Origin: an uncultured Gemmatimonadales bacterium
GTDB taxonomy: Bacteria > Gemmatimonadota > Gemmatimonadetes > Longimicrobiales > Longimicrobiaceae
DNA: 64,000 bases
Assembly: GCA_963716255.1 (NCBI GenBank)
Contig: OY970303.1
Location: 3,200,001-3,264,000 of the forward strand
Direction: 5' to 3'
Shown: positions 52,072 to 61,680 of the stretch, piece after piece
How positions within the stretch are numbered: the stretch's first letter is position 1
Layout: the number at the start of each line of letters is the position of its first letter
Made by a program: the position numbers and the translations under genes
The notes under the pieces: generated by a model
What the model was told of the DNA's origin: nothing
Seen by the model: the letters and a program-made list of their open reading frames with translations, nothing else
Databases searched by the model: none

Positions 52072-52449
52072 TCAGTCCTGGCGGTCCCGCACCGCCTGGA
52101 TCAGCGCTTCCATGTGGTCCAGGTACAGCTCCAGCGCGCGCCGGCCCTCCGGCGTCAGCCGGTACTCGGTGCGCGGCACCCGCCCCTCGAAGCTCTTGGT
52201 GCAGGCCACGTACCCCGCCTCCTCCAGCTTGCGCGCGTGCACGCTCAGGTTGCCGTCGGTGGCCGACAGCATGTCCTTGAGCGCATTGAAGCTCAGCTTC
52301 TCGTTGACCGCCAGCGCGCTGACGATCGCCAGCCGGATCCGCTCGTGGATGAGCCGGTCCAGCTCCGGCGCGGATTCCGCCGCGCCGCCCGCGACGCTGC
52401 GCAGCCCGAAGTCCTCGCCCCCCTGGGGCGCCCGCTTCGCCTTACCCAC
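52072..52449 (-). CDS. Winged-helix (ArsR/MarR-like, HTH_34) transcriptional regulator
   Basis: LDRLIHERIRLAIVSAL, TDGNLSVHARKLEEAGYV and PRTEYRLT motifs. Confidence 0.9.
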   Translation of the reverse strand: MGKAKRAPQGGEDFGLRSVAGGAAESAPELDRLIHERIRLAIVSALAVNEKLSFNALKDMLSATDGNLSVHARKLEEAGYVACTKSFEGRVPRTEYRLTPEGRRALELYLDHMEALIQAVRDRQD

Positions 52450-53062
52450 CGTACCTCCAGGCGATGATGGCTCCGAAGAGCACGTTGAGCCCGCCGAACC
52501 CCAGCGCCATCATGGCGCTCCCCCAGCCGGCGGGGGTGAAGAGCGCGACCGTCCCCAGCGCCATGAAGCACAGCCCCATCACCGGCACCACCCGCGCCGA
52601 GAACGCCCCGGCCGTCACCACCCCGGTGCCGAAGAGGAGGAGCCACATCCCGGGGAGCGCGGCCACCAGCCCGGTGTCGTACAGGAAGGCGGTGAGCAGC
52701 GCCCCCGCCATGAGCGGCGGCGCCAGGCTGAGCGCGAACTTGCGCCCGGGCCCGGACAGCAGCGGCATCCTGGCCGCGCGCGCCTTGCGCGCCGTGGTCC
52801 ACCCGCCGATCGCCACCGCGAAAAGCGCCTCCGCCCACCACACCGACAGCCACCCTTCGGGCGAGCCCTGCCGCGCCGCCACCCACGCGGCCGCCAGCGC
52901 GGTGACGCCCATCCCCACCATGCCCCACCCGGACACGGCGGTGAAGCTCCCCGCCCGCTCCATGGTCTCGCGGATGAAGCGGAGGTTGTCCATCGCCCTG
53001 GCGTGCAGGTCGAAGGGCTGCTCCTCCTCGGGCGTGTGTCGGATGGGGTGCACGGTAGCCAT
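52442..53062 (-). CDS. Membrane protein, first gene of the regulator-uppS operon
   Basis: AMDNLRFIRETMERA followed by six TM segments. Confidence 0.8.
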   Translation of the reverse strand: MATVHPIRHTPEEEQPFDLHARAMDNLRFIRETMERAGSFTAVSGWGMVGMGVTALAAAWVAARQGSPEGWLSVWWAEALFAVAIGGWTTARKARAARMPLLSGPGRKFALSLAPPLMAGALLTAFLYDTGLVAALPGMWLLLFGTGVVTAGAFSARVVPVMGLCFMALGTVALFTPAGWGSAMMALGFGGLNVLFGAIIAWRYGG

Positions 53063-53069
53063 GGGACGG

Positions 53070-53117
53070 AGGATAATCCGCCGCCGCCTGTCTGTCAAGT
53101 GCTTTGCGATGCAGAGT
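53070..53117 (-). promoter_or_regulatory. Sigma70 promoter (probably leaderless) with an adjacent operator
   Basis: TTGACA-17 nt-TATCCT, 7 nt before ATG 53062; GCTTTG-N5-CAGAGT dyad at 53101-53117. Confidence 0.7.
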
Positions 53118-53239
53118 GGAATGGAGGTGCCTCGTCGGCTCCCCTTGTGGCGCCGGGAGGCCCGGTCCATCTTCCCGGGACGGCCTTTTTTCGTCCCCCG
53201 GCCGCCCGGCCCCGGTCCTCACGCCAGCCCCCGCCCGCC

Positions 53240-54388
53240 ATGTCCCTGGTCATCGGTGTCCCCAAGGAAACCGCGCCGCTGGAGCGCCGCGTCGCGCTGG
53301 TCCCGGAGACGGTCGCGCGCCTGGTGGCCCAGGGCGCGCAGGTGGTGGTGGAGCACGGCGCCGGCGAGGCCGCCTACTTCCCGGACGGCGCGTACGAGGC
53401 GGCGGGCGCACAGCTGGTGGAGCGCCCCAGGGCCTACGACGTGGACGTGCAGGCGCGGGTGCAGCCCCCCGCGGAGACCGAGCTCCCGCTGCTGCGCCCG
53501 GGGAGCGTGGTGGTGGGCTTCCTGCGCCCGCTGGACGCGCCGGGCGAGACGGCGCGGCTGGCTGCGGCCGGGGTGACGGCGCTCAGCATGGAGATGGTGC
53601 CGCGCACCACCCGCGCGCAGAGGATGGACGCGCTCTCGGCCATGGGGACGGTGGCCGGGTACCGCGCCGTGATCCTCGCGGCCGAGGCGTTGCCCAGGTT
53701 CTTTCCGCTGCTCACCACCGCGGCGGGGACCATCCGCCCGGCCAAGGTGCTGGTGCTGGGCGCGGGGGTCGCGGGCCTGCAGGCGCTCGCCACCGCGCGC
53801 CGTCTGGGCGCCGTGGTCTCCGCGTACGACGTGCGCGCCGCCGCGCGCGAGCAGGTGGAGAGCGTGGGCGCCCGCTTCGTGGAGCTGGAGCTGGAGACCG
53901 GCGACGCGGAGGCGGCCGGGGGCTACGCGCGCGCCCTGGACGAGGAGCGCCAGCGCCGCCAGGTGGAGCTGCTGGCGCCGCACGTGGCGGACGCGGACGT
54001 GGTGGTCACCACCGCGCTGGTGCCGGGGATGCGCGCGCCGCTGCTGGTGACCGAGCAGGCGGTGCGCGAGATGGCGCCGGGCTCGGTGGTGGTGGACGTG
54101 GCGGCGCCCAACGGGGGGAACTGCGCGCTGACGCGGCCGGGGGAGACGGTCCTGGTGGGGCAGGGGGTGCGGATCCTGGCGCCGCTCAACCTGGCCGCCG
54201 AGATGCCCATGCACGCCAGCCAGATGTACTCGCGCACCGTGGCCGCCATGATCGGCGAGTTCGTCAAGGACGGCACCTTCACCCCGGACTTCGACGACGA
54301 GATCTTCCGCGGCTCGTGCGTGGCCCACGGCGGCGAGGTGGTCAACGACCGGGTGCGCGCCCTGCTGGAGCCGCGCGCGCCCGACTGA
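53240..54388 (+). CDS. pntA: NAD(P) transhydrogenase alpha subunit, part 1 (dI)
   Basis: GVPKE..ERRVALVP, PRTTRAQRMDALS, GAGVAGLQA and NGGNC motifs. Confidence 0.93.
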   Translation: MSLVIGVPKETAPLERRVALVPETVARLVAQGAQVVVEHGAGEAAYFPDGAYEAAGAQLVERPRAYDVDVQARVQPPAETELPLLRPGSVVVGFLRPLDAPGETARLAAAGVTALSMEMVPRTTRAQRMDALSAMGTVAGYRAVILAAEALPRFFPLLTTAAGTIRPAKVLVLGAGVAGLQALATARRLGAVVSAYDVRAAAREQVESVGARFVELELETGDAEAAGGYARALDEERQRRQVELLAPHVADADVVVTTALVPGMRAPLLVTEQAVREMAPGSVVVDVAAPNGGNCALTRPGETVLVGQGVRILAPLNLAAEMPMHASQMYSRTVAAMIGEFVKDGTFTPDFDDEIFRGSCVAHGGEVVNDRVRALLEPRAPD

Positions 54389-54467
54389 TCCGGCCGGGCG
54401 GCGCGGCCCCGCGGCCGCCCCCCTGCCGCGCCTCCGCGTCCCGCCATCTCTAAACCCCCGCGCGCGC

Positions 54468-54563
54468 ATGAAGCGCTACCTGGTCACCCTGGGTCTAGGC
54501 CTGCTGCTGGGCGCCGTCCTCCTGGCGGGCGCGCTGGTGGCGCGCGCCCTGGGCTCGCCCTAG
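54468..54563 (+). CDS. Possible 31-aa single-TM peptide
   Basis: MKRYLVTLGLGLLLGAVLLAGALVARALGSP; no clear RBS. Confidence 0.35.
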   Translation: MKRYLVTLGLGLLLGAVLLAGALVARALGSP

Positions 54564-54604
54564 CGCCCCGTGCCGGCTTCGCATGCATCGAGGGAGGTCG
54601 TGAC

Positions 54605-55090
54605 GTGAGCGACCGGCTCGCCGTCCGCTCGCTGCTGCCGCCACCCTGGCCGGAGCTCGCGCCTCTTGTAGACGAGAGTGAGCGCGAGGGATTCCGCTTC
54701 CTGGCGCGCCTGCGCCGGGAGTTCGACGACGGCACCAACCGCTTCGACGCGCCGGGCGAGGCGCTGCTCGGCTGCCGCCGCGGCGCCCAGCTGGTCGCGG
54801 TGGGCGGCCTCAACCGCGACCCCTGGTCGCCCGAGCCCCGCGCCGGCCGCCTGCGCCACCTGTACGTGCGCCCTGCGTCGCGGAGGAGCGGGGTCGGCCG
54901 GATTCTCGTGGACGCGCTGATGGCGGCGGCGCGCCCGCACTTCGGCGTGCTCCTGCTCCGGACGGACACGGCGGCGGCGGCGCGCTTCTACGAGGCGCTG
55001 GGGTTCGCGCCTGTCTCGTCGCCCCACGCCACGCACCGGATGGTGCTCGCGCCGTGCAGTGGAAGATCGGGTTCACCGTGTACAGCCTGA
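54605..55090 (+). CDS. GNAT family acetyltransferase
   Basis: GRLRHLYVRPASRRSGVGR and AARFYEALGF motifs. Confidence 0.85.
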   Translation: MSDRLAVRSLLPPPWPELAPLVDESEREGFRFLARLRREFDDGTNRFDAPGEALLGCRRGAQLVAVGGLNRDPWSPEPRAGRLRHLYVRPASRRSGVGRILVDALMAAARPHFGVLLLRTDTAAAARFYEALGFAPVSSPHATHRMVLAPCSGRSGSPCTA

Positions 55091-55767
55091 AGCCGCGCCT
55101 GAACGGGCACGAGGACGTCAACGCGGCGCAGGATGGCGCGGCGAAGTACAGGCTGGTCATCTTCGACTTCGACGGCACGCTGGCCGACTCGTTTCCCTGG
55201 TTCATCCGGGTGGTCAACGACGCGGCCGCGCGCTACCGGTTCAGGCGCATCGAGGAGGCGGACGTGGAAACGCTCCGCGGCTACAGCGCCCGGCAAATGA
55301 TGGAACACCTGGCCGTGCCGCGCTGGAAGCTGCCGCTGATCGTGCGGATGATGCGGAAGATGAAGGCCGCCGCCGTCCGGCAAATCCCGCTTTTCCCCGG
55401 CGTGGACGAGCTGTTGCGCCGTCTCGCCGAGCGCGGGGTGGAGCTTGCGCTGGTGACCTCCAACTCGTACGACAACGTCCAGCGGATCCTGGGTCCGGAG
55501 AACGCGGCGCGCTTCCGCTACTACGAGTGCGGGATGTCGGTGTTCGGCAAGCGGGCCGGCTTCCGCAGGGTGCTGCGCCGCAGCGGCGTCCCGCGCGCAG
55601 AGGCCATCTGCATCGGCGACGAGATCCGCGACCTGGAAGCCGCCCACGCCGAGGGGATCGCCTTCGGGGCGGTGTCGTGGGGCTACACCCGCGCGGACTC
55701 GCTCCGGGCGCACGCCCCCGCCGAAGTGTTCGACACCGTGGAGGAGATCGCCGCCCGCGTCGGCTGA
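55078..55767 (+). CDS. HAD family hydrolase (phosphoglycolate phosphatase-like)
   Basis: IFDFDGTLADS, VTSN and IGDEIRD motifs; start uncertain. Confidence 0.85.
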   Translation: MYSLKPRLNGHEDVNAAQDGAAKYRLVIFDFDGTLADSFPWFIRVVNDAAARYRFRRIEEADVETLRGYSARQMMEHLAVPRWKLPLIVRMMRKMKAAAVRQIPLFPGVDELLRRLAERGVELALVTSNSYDNVQRILGPENAARFRYYECGMSVFGKRAGFRRVLRRSGVPRAEAICIGDEIRDLEAAHAEGIAFGAVSWGYTRADSLRAHAPAEVFDTVEEIAARVG

Positions 55768-55851
55768 CGAAGCAGCGGGTACGCAGGGTGCTCACCGGCT
55801 GTTAAGTTGATTTCGGTCTCGATGGTCGCGTTTGACGAGGAGGTGACAACT

Positions 55852-56082
55852 ATGGGTGTTCCGGCAATTGACCTGAACAAGGCCTCCACCGAGCTCCGTG
55901 AGATCGTGGACGAAGCGACACGCTCCGGCGAGGTAGTACTCACCCGCGGCGGTGAGGTGGTAGCCAAGGTCGTTCCGCTTCGCAGGCCGCGCGCGCCGCG
56001 CCGACCGGGAAGCGCTCGAGGTCAGGTCCACATGGCTGAGGACTTCGACGCGACGCCCGAAGACTTCAGCGACTACGTGTGA
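55852..56082 (+). CDS. Phd/YefM-like type II antitoxin
   Basis: GEVVLTRGGEVVAKVVP and RRPGSARGQVHMAEDFD; GAGGAGG RBS. Confidence 0.85.
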   Translation: MGVPAIDLNKASTELREIVDEATRSGEVVLTRGGEVVAKVVPLRRPRAPRRPGSARGQVHMAEDFDATPEDFSDYV

Positions 56083-56086
56083 AGCT

Positions 56087-56473
56087 GTGGACCTGCTGCT
56101 CGACACTCATACGTTCCTCTGGTTCATCGACGATGATCCTCGGCTGAGCCCGGTTGCAGCCCAGCGAATCAGCGATTCGGACAGCCGGGTCGTCGTCAGC
56201 GTGGTCAGTGCATGGGAGATTGCGATCAAGGTCCGAAACGGGAAACTCACGCTCAGCCGCTCCTTGGCCGACATGTGGTCGGAGAGCATCGACGACAACA
56301 ATTTCGAGGTGCTGGATGTGATCCCGAAGCACGTTCTTGCACTGGATCTGCTTCCGCTGCACCATCGCGATCCGTTCGACCGGATGCTCGTCGCGCAGGC
56401 TATCGCTGAGGGCTTTCAGCTGGTGAGCGCTGATACCGCCCTGGATCTTTATCCTCTCCAGCGAATCTGGTGA
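56087..56473 (+). CDS. vapC: VapC PIN-domain toxin
   Basis: LLLDTHTFLW, SAWEIAIK and HHRDPFDRMLVAQA motifs. Confidence 0.92.
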   Translation: MDLLLDTHTFLWFIDDDPRLSPVAAQRISDSDSRVVVSVVSAWEIAIKVRNGKLTLSRSLADMWSESIDDNNFEVLDVIPKHVLALDLLPLHHRDPFDRMLVAQAIAEGFQLVSADTALDLYPLQRIW

Positions 56474-56551
56474 CTTCGGGTCATCTCGCTTCCTCTGGAT
56501 CCCTGGCCCGTTCGGCGAATCTGGTGAGCGCCCCTGTCGTCCCCCGCCCCC

Positions 56552-56986
56552 ATGCGCCTCGCACGCGTCGTCCTCGTCCTCACCGCGCTGGCCTTCTTCG
56601 TCCTGGCCGTCGCCCTGCTGTGGCGGCCGCAGCTCGCCGCGCGGGTGGACCTCGCCCCCGCCACGCCCACGGCCCGCGTGGAGCTGGCGGCCATGTACAG
56701 CGGCCTGGAGCTGGGGATCGCCGCGTTCCTGGCGCTCTGCGTCTTCCGGGGCGGCGCCTGGGTGGGCGCGGGGCTCCTGCTCGGCGGCTTCGCGCTGGGC
56801 GGGCTCGGCATCGTCCGCCTGGGCGTCTCGCTGGCGGTGGGTCCCATCGCTCCGGTGATGTACGGGTTCGCGCTGGCCGAGATCCTGGGGGCGGCGCTCT
56901 GCTTCTGGGCCGCGGGACGCATGCCGGGGGCGTGGCGGCGGGGCGCCGACGGCCTGGCGAGCACCCCGCACGGGAGGCTTTCCTGA
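56552..56986 (+). CDS. DUF4345-like membrane protein
   Basis: ARVELAAMYSGLELG; four TM segments. Confidence 0.7.
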   Translation: MRLARVVLVLTALAFFVLAVALLWRPQLAARVDLAPATPTARVELAAMYSGLELGIAAFLALCVFRGGAWVGAGLLLGGFALGGLGIVRLGVSLAVGPIAPVMYGFALAEILGAALCFWAAGRMPGAWRRGADGLASTPHGRLS

Positions 56987-57094
56987 ATCCAGGCAGCGGG
57001 CGCTGGCCCGGGCGGGGGCGCGGCGGCTAGATTCGCGCTCTCGCCTCCCCGGGAACGGCCCGGCGGGGAGCCGGCCACCGCCAGCGACGGAACC

Positions 57095-57964
57095 ATGAGC
57101 TACGACGTGAGCGCCCTCCTGGAGCTCCTGGACCTGGAGCCGCTGGAGCTCAACATCTACCGCGGGCAGAGCCGCGACATCGGCTCCGGGCGCGTGTACG
57201 GCGGGCAGGTGCTGGCGCAGGCGCTGGTGGCCGCCCGGCGCACGGTGGACGAGGAGCGCACCGCCCACTCGCTGCACGGCTACTTCATCCTCCCGGGCGA
57301 CATCCACGCGCCCATCGTGTACTTCGTGGACCGCCTGCGCGACGGCAAGAGCTTCACCACGCGGCAGGTGACCGCCATCCAGCACGGGCGCGCCATCTTC
57401 AACATGTCCGTGTCCTTCCAGGTGGCGGAGGACGACGGCCCCGACCACCAGGTGGAGATGCCGGACGTCCCGCCGCCGGAGGAGCTGCCGCGCGAGCTGG
57501 ACCTGGTGCGCGCCATGGCCGACCGCATCCCCGAGCCGCTGCGCGCCGTGTACACGCAGGACCGGCCCATCGACTTCCGCCCCGTGTCCCCGGTGGACCC
57601 CTTCCAGCCGGAGCGGCGCGCCCCGGCGAAGCACGTCTGGTTCCGCGCCGTCGGCGAGCTGCCGGAGGACGACGTGCTTTCGCACCAGGCCACGCTCGCG
57701 TACGCCTCCGACTACGGCCTGCTGGGAACCGCGCTCCTGCCGCACGGCCTTTCCTTCCAGATGCGCAGGCTCCAGGCGGCCACGCTGGACCACGCCCTGT
57801 GGTTCCACCGCCCCTTCCGCGCGAGCGAGTGGCTGCTGTACTCCATGGACGCCCCCAGCGCCTCCGGCGCGCGCGGCTTCACGCGGGGGAGCATCTTCAC
57901 CCGCGACGGGCGGCTGGTGGCGTCGTCGGCGCAGGAGGGGCTGTTACGCGTTCGTGAAGGGTGA
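57095..57964 (+). CDS. tesB: Acyl-CoA thioesterase II
   Basis: VYGGQVLAQAL, HSLHGYF, RDGKSF, LAYASD, LDHALWFHRP and QEGL motifs. Confidence 0.95.
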   Translation: MSYDVSALLELLDLEPLELNIYRGQSRDIGSGRVYGGQVLAQALVAARRTVDEERTAHSLHGYFILPGDIHAPIVYFVDRLRDGKSFTTRQVTAIQHGRAIFNMSVSFQVAEDDGPDHQVEMPDVPPPEELPRELDLVRAMADRIPEPLRAVYTQDRPIDFRPVSPVDPFQPERRAPAKHVWFRAVGELPEDDVLSHQATLAYASDYGLLGTALLPHGLSFQMRRLQAATLDHALWFHRPFRASEWLLYSMDAPSASGARGFTRGSIFTRDGRLVASSAQEGLLRVREG

Positions 57965-57976
57965 TTTGACAAAGCC

Positions 57977-58112
57977 GGGTTCGGGCGTGCCCCCGGCTGG
58001 CGCCGGGGTCGGGCTTCGGCTCCGTAACGCAGCAAACAACGCCGCGTAACGGAGTCGAGCCCCGGCAAACAGCCGCCGGGTCTCGCCCCTTCGGGCCGAA
58101 ATCCCTCACGCG
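57977..58112 (-). repeat. Structured dispersed repeat, copy 10
   Basis: Reverse complement matches the consensus; arms CCCGGC and ACGCGGC/GCTGCGT (one G.T pair). Confidence 0.95.
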
Positions 58113-58260
58113 GGCATCGCGTTGGCCTCCGCGATAGCCCCTCACCTCCCGAGGGCACGCGGCCCGCGCGAATTCCGCAGGAGGCCTGCACCTTGCGTTT
58201 GCGGCGCCCTCCGCGCGAGAAAAAAGCCTCACCGGAACGGACCGCCACATGGAGGTGGAG

Positions 58261-58686
58261 ATGGCGCAGGCGAAGAGCGGCGACACGGTGCGCGTTCACT
58301 ACACCGGCAGGCTGGAGGACGGGAGCGTCTTCGATTCGTCCCGGGGGCGCGAGCCGCTGGAGTTCGTGCTGGGGGCGCAGCAGGTGATCCCCGGCTTCGA
58401 GGAGGCGGTGGACGGGCTGAGCCCCGGCGAGGAGCGCACCGTGAGCATTCCCGTGGAGCGGGCGTACGGCCCGCGCCGCGAGGAGATGGTCCTCGTCGTG
58501 GGCCGCGACCAGTTCCCCGACGAGATCCAGCCCGAGGTGGGGCAGCAGCTGCAGATGAGCCAGGACGGCCAGGTCGCCATCGTCACCGTCACCGGCGTCT
58601 CAGACGCCGAGGTCACGATGGACGCCAACCACCCGCTCGCCGGCAAGGACCTGGTGTTCGACGTGGAGCTGGTCGAGATCGTTTGA
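58261..58686 (+). CDS. FKBP-type peptidyl-prolyl isomerase (short SlyD/SlpA type)
   Basis: VRVHYTGRLEDGSVFDSS, IPGFEEA and DANHPLAGKDL motifs; no His-rich tail. Confidence 0.93.
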   Translation: MAQAKSGDTVRVHYTGRLEDGSVFDSSRGREPLEFVLGAQQVIPGFEEAVDGLSPGEERTVSIPVERAYGPRREEMVLVVGRDQFPDEIQPEVGQQLQMSQDGQVAIVTVTGVSDAEVTMDANHPLAGKDLVFDVELVEIV

Positions 58687-58871
58687 ACGGCAGGGAACAG
58701 GGAACAGCCTGCAACTACAACGGCGACCCCCTCCCCCGGTCCCTCCCCGCAAGGGGGAGGGGAGCACGACACGACAAAGCCGAGGCACAGGAAGCCCTCC
58801 CCCAGAATTGGGGGAGGGTGGCGGCTCTCAGGCCGCCGGGTGGGGGCCCCCGCGGACGCCAGCGCGAGACC
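58686..58871 (+). repeat. Second repeat family, composite palindromic leader
   Basis: AGGGAAC tandem, CCCTCCCCCAGAATTGGGGGAGGG palindrome, and GTGGGGGCCCCCGCGGACGCCAGCGCGA shared with 4731-4761 and 6861-6893. Confidence 0.8.
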
Positions 58872-59008
58872 CGCGTGAGGGATTTTGGCCCGGAGGGGCG
58901 AGACCCCGCGGGCAGTTTCGCGGGGGCTCGACTCCGTTGAGCAGCGTTGTTTGCTGCTCTACGGAGCCGAAGCCCGACCCCGGCGCCAGCCGGGGGCACG
59001 CCCGAACC
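58872..59008 (+). repeat. Structured dispersed repeat, copy 11
   Basis: Consensus match; arms CCCCGCG and GAGCAGC. Confidence 0.95.
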
Positions 59009-59024
59009 GGTCTTCTAAACAACC

Positions 59025-59052
59025 TGTCACGCCACGCACCCCCTGTCTCGTC
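59025..59052 (+). promoter_or_regulatory. Probable ECF41-dependent promoter
   Basis: TGTCACG-17 nt-CGTC, close to the ECF41 consensus TGTCACA-N16-CGTC, upstream of the oxidoreductase-ECF41 pair. Confidence 0.55.
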
Positions 59053-59110
59053 TCCACTCCGGAGGCCCGGAGATCCGGCCCCCCCGACGACGAAACAGGG
59101 AGATCGACCC

Positions 59111-60334
59111 ATGATGCATCTTCGGAAAAAGCCGCGCGTGCTGGTGCTCGGAGGCGGGTACGCGGGGATGATGGCGGCGGCGCGGGCCGCGCGCGGCGGA
59201 CGGGCGGAGGTGACGCTGCTGGACGCGCGCGACCGCTTCACCCAGCGGATCCGGCTGCACGAGCTGCTGGCCGGCTCGGAGCCCGCCTCGCCCCACTTCG
59301 GGCCGCTGCTGGCCCGGCGGGGGATCCGCTTCGTGCAGGGGTGGGCGGAGCGGCTGGACCCGGCGCGCGCCGCGGTGACGGGGCGGGCCGCGGGGGGCGG
59401 GCGGCTGGAGGTGGGCTACGACTGGCTGGTGCTGGCGCTGGGGAGCCGCACCGCGCAGGGCGTCCCGGGCGCGGCGGAGCATGCCCTGCGCCTGGACGAC
59501 CCGGCGGAGGTGCGGGCGGCGGCGCCGCGCGTACGGGAGCTGGCGGCGGTGGGCGGGCGCGTGCTGGTGGTGGGGGGCGGGCTCACCGGGGTGGAGTCCG
59601 CGGCGGAGCTGGCGGAGCGCTTCCCCGGCCTGCGGGTGGCTCTCGCCACGGCGGGCGGGCTGGACGAGGGGTACGCCCCGGCCGCCGCGGCGCACCTGCG
59701 GGCGCGGCTGGCCGCGCTGGGGGTGGACGTGCGCGAGCACGCGGCCGTGCGCGAGGTGGAGGCCGGGCGCGCCTGGCTGCACGACGGCACGGCCGAGTCC
59801 TTCGGGCTGTGCCTGTGGTGCGGCGGGCTCCAGGCTCCCGCTCTGGCGCGGGACGCCGGCCTCGCGGTCGACGCCTGCGGGCGCGTGCGCACCGACGCGG
59901 CGCTGCGCGTTCCCGGGCACCCGCGGGTGTTCGCCGCGGGCGACGCGGCGGCCATGGCGGGCGCGGACGGGCGGGCGCTGCGCATGGCGTGCGCCAGCGC
60001 GCTCCCGGGCGGCGCGCACGCGGGGGAGGGCGTCGCCCGCGCGCTGCGCGGCGCCGGGCCGGAGCCGTTCCGCTTCGGCTTCGCGGCGCGCTGCGTCAGC
60101 CTGGGGCGGCGCGGGGGGCTGGTGCAGTGGGTCGCGCCGGACGACGCCCCACGCCCCCGGGTGTGGACCGGGCGCGCCGCCGTGCTCACCAAGGAGGCGA
60201 TCTGCCGCGCGACGCTGTTCGTGGTCCGGGCCGAGCTCCGCACCGGGCTGCCGCTGTACCGCTGGCCCGGCCCCGGGCGCGGCGCGGAGGCGGGGCGGGA
60301 GGCGGCCGGGCTGGCGCTGCAGGGAGGCCGGTGA
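59111..60334 (+). CDS. FAD/NAD(P)-dependent oxidoreductase (NDH-2-like)
   Basis: VLGGGYAG, RIRLHE, VVGGGLTGVE and FAAGDAA motifs. Confidence 0.88.
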   Translation: MMHLRKKPRVLVLGGGYAGMMAAARAARGGRAEVTLLDARDRFTQRIRLHELLAGSEPASPHFGPLLARRGIRFVQGWAERLDPARAAVTGRAAGGGRLEVGYDWLVLALGSRTAQGVPGAAEHALRLDDPAEVRAAAPRVRELAAVGGRVLVVGGGLTGVESAAELAERFPGLRVALATAGGLDEGYAPAAAAHLRARLAALGVDVREHAAVREVEAGRAWLHDGTAESFGLCLWCGGLQAPALARDAGLAVDACGRVRTDAALRVPGHPRVFAAGDAAAMAGADGRALRMACASALPGGAHAGEGVARALRGAGPEPFRFGFAARCVSLGRRGGLVQWVAPDDAPRPRVWTGRAAVLTKEAICRATLFVVRAELRTGLPLYRWPGPGRGAEAGREAAGLALQGGR

Positions 60335-61236
60335 TGCGCCTGGCTGAGGGCGCCGCGCCGGGAGACGCCGGCGATTCCCCGGCGGCGCTGGCCGCGTTCC
60401 AGCTCGAGCGGGGGCGCCTGTTCGGGATCGCGTACCGCATGCTGGGCTCGGTGCGCGAGGCGGAGGACGTGCTCCAGGACGCGTACCTGCGCTGGCACGG
60501 GGTGGACCACGCCGCGGTGGCCCACCCCCCGGCGTACCTGGCGCGGCTGGTCACCCGCCTGTGCCTGGACACGCTCCGGTCCGCCCATGCCCGGCGGGTG
60601 GAGTACTACGGCGTGTGGCTCCCCGAGCCGCTGGTGGGCGCCGCGGAAGACGACCCCGCCGCCCTGCACGAGCTGGCCGAGGACCTGTCGCTCGCCTTCC
60701 TGCTGATGCTGGAGCGGCTCACGCCGGTGGAGCGCGCCGTCTTCCTGCTGCGCGAGTCGTTCGGCTTCAGCCACCGCGAGGTGGCCGAGGTGGTGGGCAA
60801 GTCCGAGGACAACTGCCGGCAGATCGAGCGGCGCGCCCGCCGGCACCTCGCGGAAGGGCGGCGCCCCGCCGCCGCCGACCCCGCCGAGCACGACCGGCTG
60901 CTGGGGCGCTTCCTCACCGCGGTGCGGGACGGCGACCTGGAGGGGCTGCTGGAGGTGCTCGCCGAGGACGCGGTGGCGTACTCCGACGGCGGCGGCAGGG
61001 TGCTCGCGGCTCCCAACCCCATTCACGGGGCCGACAGGGTCGCGCGCTTCTTCCTGGGGATCGCGCGCAAGGGCGGCGTGGAGTGGGAGCCGCGCCTGGT
61101 GCCCGTCAACGGCCGCACCGGGATGGTGGGGCTGGTGGAGGGGCACCCCCACGGGGTGCTGGCCGTCCAGGTGGAGGACGGCCGCATCCGCAGCGTCTTC
61201 CTGGTGGTGAATCCGGACAAGCTCCCGCCCGGCTGA
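60334..61236 (+). CDS. sigJ: ECF41 (SigJ-like) sigma factor with SnoaL-like extension
   Basis: WLPEP, DGGG and NPDKL signatures. Confidence 0.9.
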   Translation: MRLAEGAAPGDAGDSPAALAAFQLERGRLFGIAYRMLGSVREAEDVLQDAYLRWHGVDHAAVAHPPAYLARLVTRLCLDTLRSAHARRVEYYGVWLPEPLVGAAEDDPAALHELAEDLSLAFLLMLERLTPVERAVFLLRESFGFSHREVAEVVGKSEDNCRQIERRARRHLAEGRRPAAADPAEHDRLLGRFLTAVRDGDLEGLLEVLAEDAVAYSDGGGRVLAAPNPIHGADRVARFFLGIARKGGVEWEPRLVPVNGRTGMVGLVEGHPHGVLAVQVEDGRIRSVFLVVNPDKLPPG

Positions 61237-61359
61237 GGCGCGGCCGGGGTGTTGTTGCGGGGGGCCGCGGGGATTACTCTTCCCCCACGGCCCCTCTCGT
61301 ATTTTCCGTCCATCCCGCCGCGCTCCTCAGGTCCCATACAGCCCCGGAGGCCCCAGGCC

Positions 61360-61680
61360 ATGTTCGAGACGCTCCTGTTCGTCTTCGTGCTCGCAGCCTT
61401 CGTCGGGTACGAAGTCATCACCCGGGTCCCGCCGCTCCTCCACACCCCGCTGATGTCGGCCACCAATGCCATCTCGGGGATCTCGCTGGTGGGGTCGCTG
61501 GTGCTGGCGGGGTCCGACCACGGGTCGCTGGCCACCGTGCTGGGCTTCATCGCGGTGACGGCGGCCACCATCAACGTGGTGGGCGGCTTCCTCATCACCG
61601 ACCGCATGCTGAAGATGTTCCGGCGCGGGCGGCCGGGGGCGACCGCCGAGGAGCCGGGGCGCGACGGAGGCCGGCCGTGA
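61360..61680 (+). CDS. pntA: NAD(P) transhydrogenase alpha subunit, part 2 (membrane)
   Basis: VPPLLHTPLMSATNAISG and NVVGGFLITDRMLKMF motifs. Confidence 0.94.
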   Translation: MFETLLFVFVLAAFVGYEVITRVPPLLHTPLMSATNAISGISLVGSLVLAGSDHGSLATVLGFIAVTAATINVVGGFLITDRMLKMFRRGRPGATAEEPGRDGGRP

